This document shows, piece by piece, positions 60,753 to 64,000 of a stretch of 64,000 nt of DNA. Every line of letters begins with the position of its first letter. The first letter of the stretch is position 1. This stretch comes from Amphiscolops sp. MND2022 (Eukaryota), in assembly GCA_964187785.1 (NCBI GenBank), contig OZ076415.1:20584001-20648000 (forward strand), given 5' to 3'. The translations under genes were made by a program, and so were the position numbers. Below the pieces are notes generated by a model. It was not told where the DNA came from, did no database searches, and worked only from the letters and a program-made list of their open reading frames with translations.

Positions 60753-61159
60753 GGTGTCAGGACATTTCGTCCTATGCAATTTAAACCTATGCAATTTCAA
60801 CCCCCGCAAATTCGACCTAAACTAATTTTGGCTAAAGGATCATGATTAGTTATATTATTATTTTAAGTGGTTTTCATTTTCATACATTTCTAAATTCAAA
60901 TGTGCTAATTTTTACGCCAGTTATGATACGTTTTGGCTTCTTCATGAATAATTTTACCAATGATTAAAGCTGTTTGATTCATTACTAACTATTGTACTGA
61001 AATAGTAGCTCAACCGAATTAGGAGTAATTAGCCAAAATTAGTATAGGTCGAAATCGCGGAAGGTTGAATATGCAATAGGTTGAAATTTTCAACGGTTGA
61101 AATTGCATAGGTTGAAAGTGCATAGGGTGAAATTGAATAGGACGAAATGTCATGTAACC
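60753..61159. mobile_element. Mutator-like MITE with long TIRs
   Basis: Inverted ends GGTGTCAGGACATTTCGTCC / GGACGAAATGTCATGTAACC with arrays of a ~14-bp GGTTGAAATTGCATA unit, and a perfect 9-bp TSD AACTGGAAT (60744-52, 61160-68). Confidence 0.88.
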
Positions 61160-63365
61160 AACTGGAATAGCGATGTTTGGCAGTGATTGACTGATTGGTC
61201 CGCGCTACCAAATCAAACAACCTTTAGAAAGAGGTGAGTGCAAAGAAAGCAACAGTTAGTGAAAGTGTAACAAATCGGTAAATGTTGTAAATTCCGAGGA
61301 TTGTTTATCACTTTCGTTTATTGAGGCCGCAAGATCAAAGCATGTCGCGGCAAATTTAAAAAGGGGGTAGTGACGTGTGGCCTAATACGGCCAATAATAT
61401 GAACTATATATACTTCATCAACTTTACATGTTAACATTTCATGTATATGGAAATACAGCCAGTCACCTTGGCCTCTCGACCGTGTCTGGCCTTTCGAACA
61501 TCATTGATGGAAAAGTTCATACATAGCAAAATTAGCATATAGTCAATGAAAGGACTCTTTTTACATAATACAAATTCTAATAAGTATGCAGCATAACAAA
61601 AAGTCTAATAGCAGAAGTTTGACAAATAAGGCAGGTCCGGCCGTGTGGCTTCATTCGTCATTTCTGATTAATTACCAGTTTAGCAATATAATATGAAAGC
61701 CACCATGACTAAATGCTGAGCTATGATTGGCTGTTGCGCCGAGGCCGCCTATGCTAGCTATACTGAAGAGGCAGATATTTGAACTCGTTTCCTTTCTGCC
61801 TGTCAGTATAGCTTGCTGTAAAATATTTCAACGTAATTGAATCAACAATATATACGTGCATTGAATACAATAATATAAGTTTCAAACAACACTAATTGAA
61901 GCCTAAAAAGTTTATTTTGTTATAAGGGTACCGTTCCTGGTAGGGCAATTGGCCTAGTGTGGTCTCTAGTATGTACACGTTGCCATCATAGGCGGCAGCC
62001 TGCGACAATATAGTTTTTCAAATGTTCAGCAATCAAGTATTTCAAGTTCTGTCTGTTCTTCTAGTCTTCGCGTTATCATCAACTGTATTTCTTTATTTGT
62101 TCGCCTGTTATTGGTCCAGACTTCTGATTGGCTGGATTCTGTATGTGACGATGTTTGGTAATATTAGTCAAGTCTTTCATGATGAAGTCATGACACCGCC
62201 CTATTTGTGAAACGGTGATCACATCAGATGAGCTGTTGAGAAAACAAATTTTGAACACAACGTGATCGTGTCGGTAATGAAAGAGGATTCATTTTCAATT
62301 TAAATTGCAATAGTGGAAACTGTTTTGTAACTCTACAAGATTCACCACCGGAAGCTTGTTTAAATTTCTATGTTTTATGAGAAATTACCCTGCATGCAGG
62401 CCTACTGCATGTCAAAAGTTCCCGCGGTCTCAAGTAGGGGGCTAGCAGTTTTGGGACAGAGTTAGACTATATTTTTGTAGACAAGTATTCAGTACTGTCA
62501 GCTTCTCGATGCATGACGACCTCGCCATGCAGAGGCCATGCGGGCAGCATAGTAACGATACCCTCTATGCATGATGTTGATGAAAAATGTAACTAGAATA
62601 TAGACGTGGCATTTGAGAAAGTCAGATTGCTTTTTGTTGCAATTTTCACGGGAGAAGGATCAGGAAAGCACCCCATATTCGACAACTTAACTCAAGATTT
62701 CATGGAGAAAAATGGCAATCGACACGTGTAATCATAATCAAACAATTATTCTCTCCCGAATGTTAAAAGCCAATCCTTTAAGGCTTCTTAACGTTGGCAA
62801 CGACAAGCACGCAGTGTTTGTCTTCACAGGCTTTGAACAAATTGACCAAGTCATCTGCAATCAATTGAATTGCTTTGAATAATTTTCGGATGTTTCATTT
62901 TTGTGTTTTCGAAGTTTTTTCTGCAAAGTTTGTTTTGAAATACAATATCAATTTGTACGAAATAAAAATCCAATCGAAAATACATAAAATGTATTTCCGA
63001 AAGCATGGCTTTTCGCCACGTAAACGTCCCATTCAAACAAAATTTGCTAAATGGCAACCACAATTTTCAATGATATCAGTTCGATCACCAAAAAAAGAAA
63101 TCCCACTCTGGTTTGTTTTTTGACCTATATTACTCATTCTCAGTATGCCAACAGAGGGCAAGTTTTCAATCTTTCCGCCAGTAGTCATCAAATGAGATTT
63201 TGGGAATCTTCAAAAAAAGAATAGCTAAACAGGTCAGAAAACCGAACAGAATAAAATCCTAAATTCATTCATAACCATAAAAAGCCATAAAGTTAGCATT
63301 CGCTTTCGAATATCTATCGATTTATTGTCTGCAGGCACCTCTTGTTACGTGTCCCCTTTCCACTA

Positions 63366-63843
63366 CTAAACACGAGCTGCTCTCCTACCCATTTCGCCAT
63401 AGTGTTCGCATCTACGTCCATAGTAAAAATACGGGCAAATGCAACCTAATTCCTCAGACGCTCGTCGAAAACAAGTTCCACCATTTAGACAGTAGCCCTG
63501 TAACAAAACAAGTTATCAACTTCAATGATTTTGTTCGAAGAAATTTCGAAGACTCTCGTGCATGTGCGATGAAGAAAAATTCTTTTGTGTTAACTTTTGT
63601 TTCTGGATCCTGCCAAGTGAAATTTTGTCAAATTTTTTTATAGAATTCATTTAACTTTCATTATTTCTGAAAAACAGGAATGATGATTTTCTTTGTCTCA
63701 AGTAAAATGTTCTGGTTATGAAATGAAGAGTAGTTTGCGAATCTTACATTTTAATTTTGCGTCGATTGTATACTCACCTTGTAGTAGCTTGAACATGTTC
63801 GATAACGACCCCCGTCATCCCCTTCTGTAGTAGTCCCAAGTAT
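63366..63843 (-). CDS. EGF-like ligand gene, last two exons (gene runs off the window)
   Basis: Exons 63843-63778 and 63497-63366 (ttttcag acceptor, gtgagt donor, ttacag acceptor, all phase 0) encode ILGTTTEGDDGGRYRTCSSYYK|GYCLNGGTCFRRASEELGCICPYFYYGRRCEHYGEMGRRAARV*, a complete six-Cys EGF domain. A probable further exon ends at 63939 (donor gttagt). Confidence 0.85.
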
Positions 63844-64000
63844 CTGAAAAGAAAAATTCCTCAAAACAAGCAGAATTCTAGTTCATTGTTTCAAGCGTGA
63901 ACAAAATCAACCAGGAACATTTCATCGATTATACTAACACTGAATTTTCCATCTTCGGTTTTTGTCAAAATGTTGATTATAGTGTACGAGGTATGATTGG

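Noticed and set aside
62022-62210. 62-aa hydrophobic ORF as a small membrane protein
   Set aside because: No motif, splice or homology support; such ORFs are expected by chance in T-rich DNA.

Overview
AT-rich eukaryotic DNA that looks like an invertebrate animal (taxon not assignable from the sequence alone), with GT-AG spliceosomal introns and dense, nested transposable elements. Host genes are a 9-exon EDC4 (11943-24519, +), an intronless mitochondrial DHODH (25840-26982, +), a divergent family of ~740-aa TPR-like genes (28148, 39769 and 56164, plus two 5'-truncated tandem copies), and the last exons of an EGF-ligand-like gene on the minus strand at the right edge that the ORF track missed. 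Mobile DNA includes a truncated Gypsy integrase with convergent spliced ORFs, three LINE lineages, pogo and Tc1 relics, an intact-ended hAT inside a BEL/Pao relic, MITEs, and tRNA-like SINE heads. There is also a decayed Maverick/Polinton fragment inside EDC4 intron 3 (EGF-like ORF, DEDD-like nuclease, packaging ATPase, integrase) and a full-length CsRN1-type Gypsy (tRNA-Trp PBS, -1 frameshift pseudoknot). The most notable signals are the ING-type PHD finger at the end of that Gypsy integrase, the growth-factor-like cargo in the Maverick, a candidate transposon-derived intron in one TPR paralog, and a microhomology-linked 2.6-kb triplication. All calls come from reading the sequence by eye; no database searches were run.
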